From: Flectonema sp. DT1601
Taxonomy: Eukaryota
Direction: 5' to 3'
DNA length: 64,000 bases
NCBI GenBank assembly: GCA_964019425.1
Contig: OZ025786.1
Span: 1,550,001 to 1,614,000, forward strand
Numbering within the stretch: position 1 is the first letter of the stretch; each line of letters opens with the position of its first letter. Made by a program: the position numbers and the translations under genes. Below the pieces are notes generated by a model. The model was not told where the DNA came from and searched no databases. It saw only the letters and a list, made by a program, of their open reading frames with translations. Below, one piece after another: positions 54,406-64,000 of the stretch.

Positions 54406-56655
54406 ATGTCAACGGAATTAGTCTCTGCGATGACTAACACTGTTCGCAGATGTCTCGAAAATGGCAAACCTGGTCCAACAAAAATAATACTAAATAACTT
54501 ACTGTATGAAAGATGCAGTGCTAGCGGTACCAGAGGAAAACAATACGCAAAAGTGATAAAAAAAATAGCTGAAGAACTGCAACAGGGAGTAGATGAAGGC
54601 ATAAAAGGAAATGATAAAAGTAATATAAAATTCGTATTGAAGTTAATTGAAGGTATAACACAAGATAGGAGATCACTCCTTCCTCATAAAGACTTCATTC
54701 TTCGTACAATACAGCCTTCAATAGACAGTGAACACAATATAACCTCACCAGAGACTACCGACTGCACACTACCTCCGAATCTTTTATCGAATCGATTTGG
54801 TTATGAACGCTGCAGGGGAGATGAGTTTCAGGTACATGCATTATCTAAGGACAACGACGATGAAGAATACACGAAGATTAAAAACTTCGTAGAAGAGAGT
54901 AATGTGCACAATTTAGCTCTTCAAGTTGTTGCGATCGAGAAAGTGTTCAATCCTGAGTTGGAGAAGGATTATCAAAAGCTTAAATTATCACTCAACGATC
55001 CAGATCCATCAGCTGTTGAATATTCATTTCACGGAACAAATGTTACAAACATTGAAAGTATTGCAAAGTATGGATTTCATCCACCGACACATCCATCTCT
55101 GTTATACGGAATGGGAATTTATTTTGCATCAAACAGCAGTAAATGCGTTTGGTTCGTCGAGCCATGGGACATCGATGCCCTTCAAAATATTACTGAGCCA
55201 TACACTTGGCCAGGAGTTCCTCAGCAGCTGGTCGTTGCTGAACTCGCAGTTGGTAATTACAAAGAAGTTTGTTTTTATTTTTTATTTTTTTTATTTATTA
55301 TTTATTACTTCACTCATCCTATGTTAAAATTATAAAAAAAAAAAAACACACAATTACACAATTAGGTTCAGTCTCCCACACCTGATGAAACACAAGAATC
55401 ACTTTTAAAAGAAGGCTACGACTCAATAAAAGCCATCGCTAATTCACAACATAAAAAAGGATGTCGATACGAAGAATGGGTAGTCTACAACCCAAAACAG
55501 GCATTCCCTCGTTATATTGTTCATTATCGAAAAACACACATGCCTCTTGATTCAAAGGATCCTACTTTTGACGTTTCAACCAATAAATGGATTGAAACAA
55601 CAAAAACAAAAATTCGCAGTAAAAAAACTAACGAAGTCGGATTGGTGATTGGAAAATTCATGCCGATTCATGAGGGACACGTCAGTCTAATTGAAACAGC
55701 GAAGAGTGAAAGTGAAAAAGTTGTTATAATAGTTTGCGACAACGGAGACAAAAACATCATAACTGGAAGGAAGAGGGTCAGATTAATTAAAGAACTATTC
55801 CCATCAAATAGAATACAAATCGTCCTCAGATTAGACATGACAGAATACAATTTACCATCTGAATGCGTCACTGAAGATGAATGGAAAAGATGGTCATCGA
55901 AGTTAATAAATATTTGTGAAGATCAAGGATTTGGAGCACCGAATTGTATATTCGGTGGAGAACAGTACGTTTCAACTTTATCAAAACACATGAACATATC
56001 TTCTCATGTAGTTGAAAGAAATGATCCAAAGCAGACTACCGTCGTCAGCGCAACTGAGGTTAGAGAATCTCCAATTACTTCGTTTGAAAAGATTCCACAA
56101 TCAGTAAAAAGAGACATGGCAAAAAGGGTTGTATTATTTGGATCAGAATCCGTGGGAAAGACGACCATGGCTAAACAACTTGCGAATAAATATAACTGCT
56201 GTTGGGTTCCTGAGGGAGCTCGTAGAATTCTCGGTGATGTACAAGTGACGAATATTTCACAAATGGAGTTCATTGCTGCTGAACAGCTGCGAAGCGAAGA
56301 TCACATCTGCGCTTACAACAACTCACCAATTGTGTTCTGTGATACCGACTTAGTAGTCACAACTGTCTATGCTGATTACTACTTTCCTAATGAGTGTCCT
56401 GATTGGATTCGTCATGCTGCTGAACAACGACAGTATTCACTTTATTTATTCTTATCTTGTGAGGTTCCCTGGGTATCAGATCCACTCAGAGATCTTTCAG
56501 GTTCATTACGATTGGAGATGGAAACTAAATTCAAATCAGCATTAACAACCAAAACAAATATAAATCCAACTCGTGTTGTTTACATTACTGGTTCTGATTG
56601 GGAAGGCAGATTCAATCAGGCAGTAGTCGCAATTGATGACCTGCTAAGCTCTTAA
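54406..56655 (+). CDS. PARP-type ADP-ribosyltransferase fused to NadR-like NMN adenylyltransferase/ribosylnicotinamide kinase (exons 54406-55266, 55366-56655; ~716 aa)
   Basis: Exon 1 has FHGT and YGMGIYFASNSSK. After a GTTTGT...TTAG intron, exon 2 reads GYDSI...YEEWVVYNPKQAFPRYIVHY and runs without a stop into GKFMPIHEGH, VSATEVR, VVLFGSESVGKTT, PEGAR, FCDTD, WVSDPLR. Confidence 0.85.
55267..55365 (+). other. Spliceosomal intron within the PARP domain
   Basis: GTTTGT donor; T-rich then A-rich body; TTAG acceptor (alternative in-frame CAG at 55369-55371); phase 0; contains the in-frame stop that ends ORF 54406-55335. Confidence 0.85.
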
Positions 56656-57347
56656 TATTCATATCTTTTCTACGTCACTAACAATAGTGAGTGTCTTATT
56701 TCCTATCCTGAGACACGCTATTTTGCATTCCTTCCTAACTGATTATTTCGCGATTTTTTTTTTCTCGAACACGATTTTTTTTAAACGAAATCTCTCACAA
56801 AGTACAACTACACCTATTATTTTTTTTGTTAGCAGGTCACAGAAGGGGATATTTGTGTAGAAGACCTTGGTATTGGTAACGTCAGACCTTGACATGGAAA
56901 TAATTCAAACAGGTCGAGGGGGGGATATTTACACCCAGCTCCCAAATAAGAAAACGAAAAAAAGAAAAAAAAAATGTCTTTTGGAGAACTATTTAACCCG
57001 GATAATCTTATTAATACTTCAGAGAAGGATAAACTTACGAATTCTGAAGTTTTGAGCCGTATGTTTGTTTTTGTTTGTGTTGTGTTTTACTTTTGAGGAA
57101 TGTGTGCGTGATTGTTACCAGCGAATCACCTCAAAACAGTAAATTCACGTGCTGGAAGCTTTTTATTGTCTCTAAAACAGACAAAGAACATCTTGTCAGC
57201 AGGTATTAAGAAGCTTAACCAAGATAACTAAAAATATATATATTCATCTAGTTTGGTTGTTGCGGATTAGATTGGGGGGTTGTTTTGTATATTATTTAAA
57301 TTATACATTATAAACACAGGAGGAAGGGAGAAGATAAACAGAAAAAA

Positions 57348-57968
57348 ATGTCTAAATGTGACTCTCTCAACCCACAAAGAGAACCTCCCAGGCAGGATGA
57401 GCAGTATATACATATTTGTTATCCCATAATACAGCTTTATGCGAAATGTAGGGGAGAAAATGGATTTGCGAAATCTGAAGAACAGGTGAGCGATCCATGG
57501 CAGCACTCAACCACAGGAAATTTTGGCACCACGAAAGGAAAGCTTTTGGAAATGTCAGGAATTGGAAAAGGTCAGCAAACATTTCTCAGTGATACAATGC
57601 ATTTATTAAATCCTGATGTATCATCGGGGGTATCAGGCAAGCAAAGAAAGGATCCATGCTCAGACTACTATTCCGAAATGTTAAGTTGTAAGGAGAGTAT
57701 GCCTAACCTTAGAGGACGTGTCGATACCTGGAAACCACCTCCCAATCACGAACTATGTAATCTATTAAATAAACGTCTTATGAAATGTCTTCAATCAAAA
57801 GGAAGTACTACGATGTGTGTAACTGAAATAGGAGATGTCAATTCCAACAGGTGTCGTGAATCTGCGTTTGCCCGACAAGAGCTTCCTGAACGACACCAAT
57901 ACCTCGGCTCCACTATTGATGCCACTAGTATGCCGACAGAGAGAAACCATGGAAATATTATTATATAA
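57348..57968 (+). CDS. Hypothetical protein with two CX9C motifs
   Basis: CSDYYSEMLSC and CNLLNKRLMKC. Confidence 0.65.
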   Translation: MSKCDSLNPQREPPRQDEQYIHICYPIIQLYAKCRGENGFAKSEEQVSDPWQHSTTGNFGTTKGKLLEMSGIGKGQQTFLSDTMHLLNPDVSSGVSGKQRKDPCSDYYSEMLSCKESMPNLRGRVDTWKPPPNHELCNLLNKRLMKCLQSKGSTTMCVTEIGDVNSNRCRESAFARQELPERHQYLGSTIDATSMPTERNHGNIII

Positions 57969-58189
57969 GATTGCCTTTATTATGCTAAGTTGCGCATCAC
58001 CCTTAGTCACTGTATCTAAAAGTGATCAACACGGTTGTAATATTTACAAAAATGGAACATACATCCCTCCCTTAACTAACTTAGGGAATATATCATTTCT
58101 CACAGAGGAGTGAATTGACTCTACACTGATATAGGTGAAAATACTTTAATCACATTAACATTGGATACAGGTTACAATAACATAATAAC

Positions 58190-60567
58190 ATGTCGTGTCC
58201 GCACACGGATACCGTAACTGACAATGCGAGAGGAACAAAGATGTGTAGAATGTGTGGTGAGGTCCTGGAGTCAGATATCATAGCAGAAGAGCTGCAGGAT
58301 TTTTCTGGTGCTCCAGTCAAGTCAGCTGGAGCAGGATGGGCAAGAGCTGGAAGAAGTTTTCAAAAAACAGCAACGACTGGAGAATCATCATCTTCGAAAA
58401 TGGAACGGGTCAGACAAGAAATGGTTGTTGCTGCTACTGAAATGGAACTACCAGATTTCATTGAGGGTGCCTTACGAATATACCAAATGGCTTCAAATAC
58501 TGGTCAAATTGCCGTTGGAAGACAATATCATACTATGTGTTGTGCGTGTCTTTACATCGTTTGTCGAGTTCAGAGGCACCCAATTGAAATTTTCGATTTC
58601 CAAGAACGTCTTCAAGTTAATCCGTATTCTGTATCAAAGATACAAGAAACACTTTGTAAAATATTAAATATAAAGGCATCAGGTTTAGGAACTGCTGGAG
58701 ACCTCGTAAAATACATTAACGCTCTCGGTATTAAGAATTCTGAACAAGTAAAAAAGATTGAAGACACGGCACAAAAACTAATCGACCAAATGGATAAAGC
58801 TTTTATATCTGACGGAAGACAACCTGCTGGAATTAGAGCAGCTGCACTGTACCTATCAATCAGACTAAACGGCTTTGGCAGAATTCAACTTGAGCACGTC
58901 ACCAAAATCGTAGGCTCTGGAAACGCACAAGCACTAAACAGACTTCAAGAGCTAGGCGATGTCCAAAAGGAAACTGCAACTGGAAATGTTCTTCCACAAG
59001 CTCTGGTAAGACAGCAACATTTCGATAAACTTATAACAAAATACATCAAGCACCGACGGGAACAAGGGAAAGACGTGCAAGAAAATATTCACATGTACTC
59101 AAAAATGGATAAGGATCGCGTTACCCGCCTCGCAAGACAAAAAAAGCTCCGAAAACGAAGCAACATTCCAGAGCTCGCCAAAGATGCTAAGAAATTGGCA
59201 CGAGAAAATATCAACAAACTAATAGAAAAGAAAACTAAGCAAAAACAAAAGGACAAACAAAAACGAAAAATTGAAAAAGAAAAAAGAGCACACAGGGCAA
59301 AGAATAAAACCAGATCAAAGAAAAAGAGATTTAAAGAGAGAGACGTGTCCCCTGCAAGCAGCTGTGAAAGAGCTGCACTCTCCACCAAGAAAATTCAACA
59401 AATTAAAAATGATGCGAAGAAGTCGATTTTAGCAAAAGTACACGACTCGGATGACAGCAGCATTAGTATCGGTCATAACTTTGCTGATTCTGAATCAGGT
59501 GGTTCTGATATTGAAGTGTATTATTCTACTGATGAAGCAGATCATCATCTTAGTTTGTTAGATTGGTATAAAAAAGATTTAAAAAGACAAAAAATTGAAC
59601 AAGAATTCGACAGCAAAATTTCCAAAGACGGATTCCCAGACGTTACAAAACCTGAACAAAGCGATACAGAAATAGGACTCGATGACTTTAACTTCTCAGA
59701 TGTTGGATCAACTAAAAAGTTTATGGATGATGGAAGCTTCAGAGGAACTCCTAAAATTGAACCCGGAACCCCATACGACATGGGATGCGAATCAGACGCC
59801 TCAAACATAAGCAAACTAAGCAGAGGAGGAATGCCAGCTACATTTGATGCTGGTTTAATAAGCGACATAGTCGGGGTTGCCGAACAGGCCATGACTCAAC
59901 CACAGGGTGGAGGTGGTAGTGGTGGTGCAGAACAAGCCCTATTAGACTTGGGCATATCGTTTGACGAGAGTGCCTTTGAAGACACAAAACAAGAAGTTGA
60001 CGATACTGCCGTTATAATCCCATCCACAACTGCGATAAAAGAAGATATTAAAAACTTTTCATCATTCTCTGACGTATCCGACGACGAGCTCCAAAAAATA
60101 ATTATCACCGACGATAACGAAATATACCAAAGATTCGAAATGTGGAAATCACATTATTCTTCTCACCTTCAGTCTGCTCAAAGTCGCGCTAAGGAATTGG
60201 AAGAGAAGAAAAAGAATACAAAAAAACGAGCAAAAAGAGATCCTCAAGCATCTATTCTAGCCCCATCGACAATGGAGGTATGTTTATTTTTATTTTATTT
60301 TTGTGAAAAAAAAAAAAAGAGGTTAAAATTTTTTATTGAAAAAAAAAACCAACAACAACAAAACAGTTTGATGATACTGAGTACTATATCGAATCTGGGC
60401 TCCAACTTCGTGGTGACGCCAGAGGAGTTAATTTCAATAGGATTGGGAACATTCTTGGAAACTTGGACAATGCTGTAAAAAAGAAATCCAACGACGATCA
60501 CCTTCAATCCTTACTTGCGGAAAGTACAGAAAACGGAGGATTCGACTACGAAGGAGATTGGAATTAG
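58190..60567 (+). CDS. BRF1: TFIIIB subunit BRF1 (TFIIB-related); intron 60278-60366
   Basis: N-terminal Zn ribbon (CPH...CRMCGEVLE); cyclin repeats CACLYIVCR and GRQPAGIRAAALY; C-terminal SDVSDDEL...W block; spliced tail GVNFNRIGNIL. Confidence 0.88.
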
Positions 60568-60809
60568 AACTCAACAAAAAAAATCTTACAAAAAAGTTGT
60601 ATTGTAGCTCTTGTTTTTTTTTTTTTCTAAGTTAGTTAAAAAAACAAGGCATAAATAATCACATCAATACAAAACTATCCGACTAACATTACCAATTATA
60701 TTTAAACAGAAATGTCATATATGCAAAAGACTGATTATTTTTATTTTGTATTTTTGACATTAATACCTTTTTTAATTATTTAACAAAGTTATCTAAATAA
60801 CAATCACAT

Positions 60810-61871
60810 ATGTGGGATAGTGATGTTGAACGCTTTGATGAAGAGCTACCTGAGGAATCTGTTACCCGATATGGAAACATGAGTTCGATTAAAAATTATA
60901 AAAGAGGAAAAAAGATAGCTCGAGGTGCGTACGGCGATGTTTACTGTGCCACAGGAAAGGATGGAGAAGAAGTAGCGATCAAATTTATAAATTTACATGC
61001 GTTGGAAAGAGTTTTAGGTAGTACAGGACAGACTAACAATGGAGGTGGACCACCTCAGTTAGCACTTCGAGAAATAGCGAATCTGAAAGAAGTCGGAAAC
61101 AGAGATAAAAATATTCTTCCACTCCTCGACGTGTTAATGAATTCATCTGGCTCACCTTGTTTGGTATTTCCAAAGATGGAAGCAGACTTATCAAACGTAA
61201 TCAATAGCCACGGTGAACTTCCTTTATCGTCTTTATTCGTTGTAGCAAAATCACTTTTAAACGCCGTTTCACATTGTCATTCTCTAAGTATAATGCACAG
61301 AGATATAAAACCTGCTAATATATTGGTTTCTTCAAAAGGCGATGTTCTCCTTACCGATTTCGGGATGAGTCGAGGAGCTGTATCTGCAGCTGGGCTTTCG
61401 CCTGCCTACTGCAGAGTAACTCTGTCTTACAGAGCACCAGAATGTTTGTTGGGTAAGGGTAAGTATGGGAAAGAAGTTGATGTTTGGGGTGTTGGTGCCA
61501 CTCTGTTTGAGTGTTATTGTGGAAAAGCGTTACTTCACAACGCAACTGGTGAGATTCCAGCCCTTACAAAAATGGTTGAGATACTCGGATGGCCTCCGAC
61601 AGAAACAGAATGGCCAGACTATCAAAATTTATACTCTTTATCCTTGTTTGTTTTTGGAGAAACCGCTTCCAGCCTTCCCTCCTTGCTTGAAAGTCGTGTA
61701 GCGGTAAAAGACTTATCCTGTAGCTCACTTATATCAACTCTTCTTACTCGGTCTCCATATCAACGTCCTAGTGCGGAGTCAATGATGTCTCACAAATTTA
61801 TAAACATGTTTGATACGCCTTTGGATGAGTCGAAGAAACGACTATCAGAACTTCTCTCAACAGCGAAATAG
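60810..61871 (+). CDS. Cyclin-dependent kinase-related Ser/Thr kinase
   Basis: ARGAYGDV, VAIK, PQLALREI, HRDIKPAN, DFG, VTLSYRAPE, DVWGVG. Confidence 0.9.
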   Translation: MWDSDVERFDEELPEESVTRYGNMSSIKNYKRGKKIARGAYGDVYCATGKDGEEVAIKFINLHALERVLGSTGQTNNGGGPPQLALREIANLKEVGNRDKNILPLLDVLMNSSGSPCLVFPKMEADLSNVINSHGELPLSSLFVVAKSLLNAVSHCHSLSIMHRDIKPANILVSSKGDVLLTDFGMSRGAVSAAGLSPAYCRVTLSYRAPECLLGKGKYGKEVDVWGVGATLFECYCGKALLHNATGEIPALTKMVEILGWPPTETEWPDYQNLYSLSLFVFGETASSLPSLLESRVAVKDLSCSSLISTLLTRSPYQRPSAESMMSHKFINMFDTPLDESKKRLSELLSTAK

Positions 61872-62602
61872 AAATCGATGTTCAATAACACAAAACCTAC
61901 ACAGCAATAATTTTTATTTATTTATTTCTTTTTTTTTTTTTTTTAAATATCAACAACGGTTATGGTATTTCAAACCCACAGTTTTTTTTTTTTTTTTCTT
62001 TGCGTTCGTATTCTATATTGAACGTTTTTCTGCATGTGGTGCAAAAAAAAAAAAAATTCGGAGAGATGGGGTTTGAGGGAAAAAAAAAAATGAATGAAAA
62101 AAACAAAAAAACAAAACAAAAAAAGAAAAATGCGATTCCAATGACTTTCTTTATCTCCATTTGTGTGGCGATATGAACAACCTAATTTATTATTTATTTA
62201 TTTTTTTTTATTATTCCATTTTTTTTTTTTTTCCTGTTGTCTATTTTATTCATCTCTGTTGCTGGCATGCTTGCCGTCAGCGAAACACGACCGTAAATTT
62301 ATGGCATCTTCGGCACCTATCTTTAATCTTTATTTATAAAGAGAAGTGAAATAGAACGAGCACTAAAACCAAAAACACATTGCGGCCACCATCTGGTGGT
62401 AAACGGTCACTACAAGGCGACATGATTCCAGCCACAGCCTGGGAAGGTGATTTCTCACCCTTCTATTTTTTTTTTTTTTTTCTCTTCCAACTTTTATTAT
62501 TATTATTATTATTTAATTTTTTTTTTTTTTTTATCGCTCACGCTACAAAGCGTGGAAATCGGTGCTGCTCTCATTTTTTTTTTTCTTTCTCCTTTTTTTT
62601 TG

Positions 62603-62643
<41 letters not shown>

Positions 62644-62821
62644 TCGAATGTCGATATTCTGCCAATTATTTCTTTTTTGTTAATCAACGACAGTATTGAG
62701 AAGGTTTTTTTTTTTTCATTCTTCAAAGCAAGGAACGCAAAAAAAAAAAAAAAAAAAAAATCTCACTTACTTCTACAATACTGTTGTTCTTTGGTTGGAG
62801 ACAGAATCAACGAGAAAACAA

Positions 62822-62859
<38 letters not shown>

Positions 62860-63179
62860 AAAGGACAAGAACAAGAACCGGAAAAAGAAAAAAATAAAAG
62901 AGGAATGCATTTTTTCATTATTATTATTTTAGACCACAATACTACATTTTTATGAATAATGTGAGACCAGAGAGATTTAAGATTTGCTTCGTTATTTTTT
63001 TTTTCCAGGTTGAAATATGTTTTGGGGGAGAATATGTCAAAATATTTAAAATAACCCCTGACCAGGCCTCCTACTCTAACTTAGTAATTACACGTTAATG
63101 AGTGTCAACAATAATTCTCCAGGTTAAAAAGACAAAAAGTTTTGAAATTTTGATTTAAAAAAAAAATAAAAAAAAAAAA

Positions 63180-63518
63180 ATGAGTAACCCACAATCATGG
63201 AAGATGATCCACGATAGGTTGAAGGGTATTTTAAAATCGCCGACCCTATCAGGAAAAGCTCACCAATCAATGGTGTTATCAATGTATAAACAAACATTAT
63301 CAGAACTTAAAATATGGCCTTCAATTAAAAGAGCACGTGTTCGTCAAGAAGTCAGATCCATGTACAGACAGAGTGTCGAACTTACTGAAACAGAAGATAT
63401 ACAACAAGCAATTCAGAGTGGTAAGAACGGTTTGCAATCACTGGTGGAACAGAACGATAGTTTTGTTCGAAATAGATCTGGTAGTCATTTTACTCACACA
63501 CTACGAGGGCCTTTCTAG
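63180..63518 (+). CDS. LYR-motif (Complex1_LYR-like) protein
   Basis: VLSMYKQTL...VRQEVRSMYR...DIQQAIQSG pattern. Confidence 0.7.
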   Translation: MSNPQSWKMIHDRLKGILKSPTLSGKAHQSMVLSMYKQTLSELKIWPSIKRARVRQEVRSMYRQSVELTETEDIQQAIQSGKNGLQSLVEQNDSFVRNRSGSHFTHTLRGPF

Positions 63519-63740
63519 ACTGATCACATCACGTGGGAAGGCTTAAATTAATAGTGATGTAGTTAAACGTAAGTTATGCACCGCACGTCGTGTGAAAAGT
63601 TACATAAAGTATTTATGTACTTGGTATATGTGTGAGACAATGTTTTCTCCCCAAAATTACTTTTATCATTTTTTTTTTATTTTTTTTTTTTTTTCAGGAA
63701 AAAAAAATTTTTAAATTGAGAAAAAAAAAAAAAAAAAAAA

Positions 63741-64000
63741 ATGAATCAAAATATAGAGCGAGCAATGTACTTCGCATTGGGAAGCGCTGCGTTAATGTGT
63801 TGTATTCAGAGAAGGATAGATCGTCGGCGGAGACAAATATTAGATGATAACACAGATTGGGACCAATCACCAGTATGGGAAGCAGTTCCAGAGGGATCGA
63901 GGAGAGGAAAGATGGTTATTCCAAAGAAAGTAAATTGGAAAGGATGGAGCATTCTGATCGATCTTGATTGCTGTGCTGAGATTGGAAGCACTTCTCTTAA
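63741..64000 (+). CDS. 5' part of a protein truncated by the window end (possible HAD-like DxD motif)
   Basis: ATG after a poly(A) run; frame open to the window end (MNQNIERAMYFALG...WSILIDLDCCAEIG). Confidence 0.6.
   Translation, partial: MNQNIERAMYFALGSAALMCCIQRRIDRRRRQILDDNTDWDQSPVWEAVPEGSRRGKMVIPKKVNWKGWSILIDLDCCAEIGSTSL

Noticed and set aside
55540..56655. Standalone nadR gene indicating bacterial contamination
   Set aside because: The frame is open upstream into the PARP C-terminus, and the locus has the same intron style as flanking eukaryotic genes.
7671..61545. Numerous minus-strand ORFs of 60-130 aa
   Set aside because: They are antisense shadows of + strand genes or low-complexity spacers and have no recognisable motifs.
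1..64000. tRNA, rRNA, spliced-leader RNA genes or a non-standard genetic code
   Set aside because: None recognised by eye. TAA, TAG and TGA all end conserved proteins at sensible positions, and apparent breaks are explained by introns.

Overview
AT-rich, homopolymer-rich eukaryotic genomic DNA. About 30 compact protein-coding genes from 7.6 kb to the window end all lie on the + strand. That layout and gene content suggest a euglenozoan (diplonemid/kinetoplastid-like) protist, which is inference only. Nine short cis-introns (63-99 nt) can be reconstructed by hand; all have GT(A/T)TGT donors, a T-rich 5' half and an A-rich 3' half. Splicing one of them joins two ORFs that the ORF track lists separately into one ~716-aa protein: a PARP-type ADP-ribosyltransferase domain (H-Y-E triad intact) fused to a bacterial-type NadR (NMN adenylyltransferase plus ribosylnicotinamide kinase). 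This NAD+-consuming plus NAD+-salvaging fusion is the most interesting item. Other notable items: a Cas4/Dna2-like nuclease fused to an SF1 helicase; two apparent pseudo-enzymes (FIH-like JmjC, SOD-like); two near-identical pogo-like TIR transposons with TA target duplications; a piggyBac-like end; and dispersed short repeats, one resembling a degenerate hammerhead ribozyme. All homology calls come from motif recognition, not database searches.
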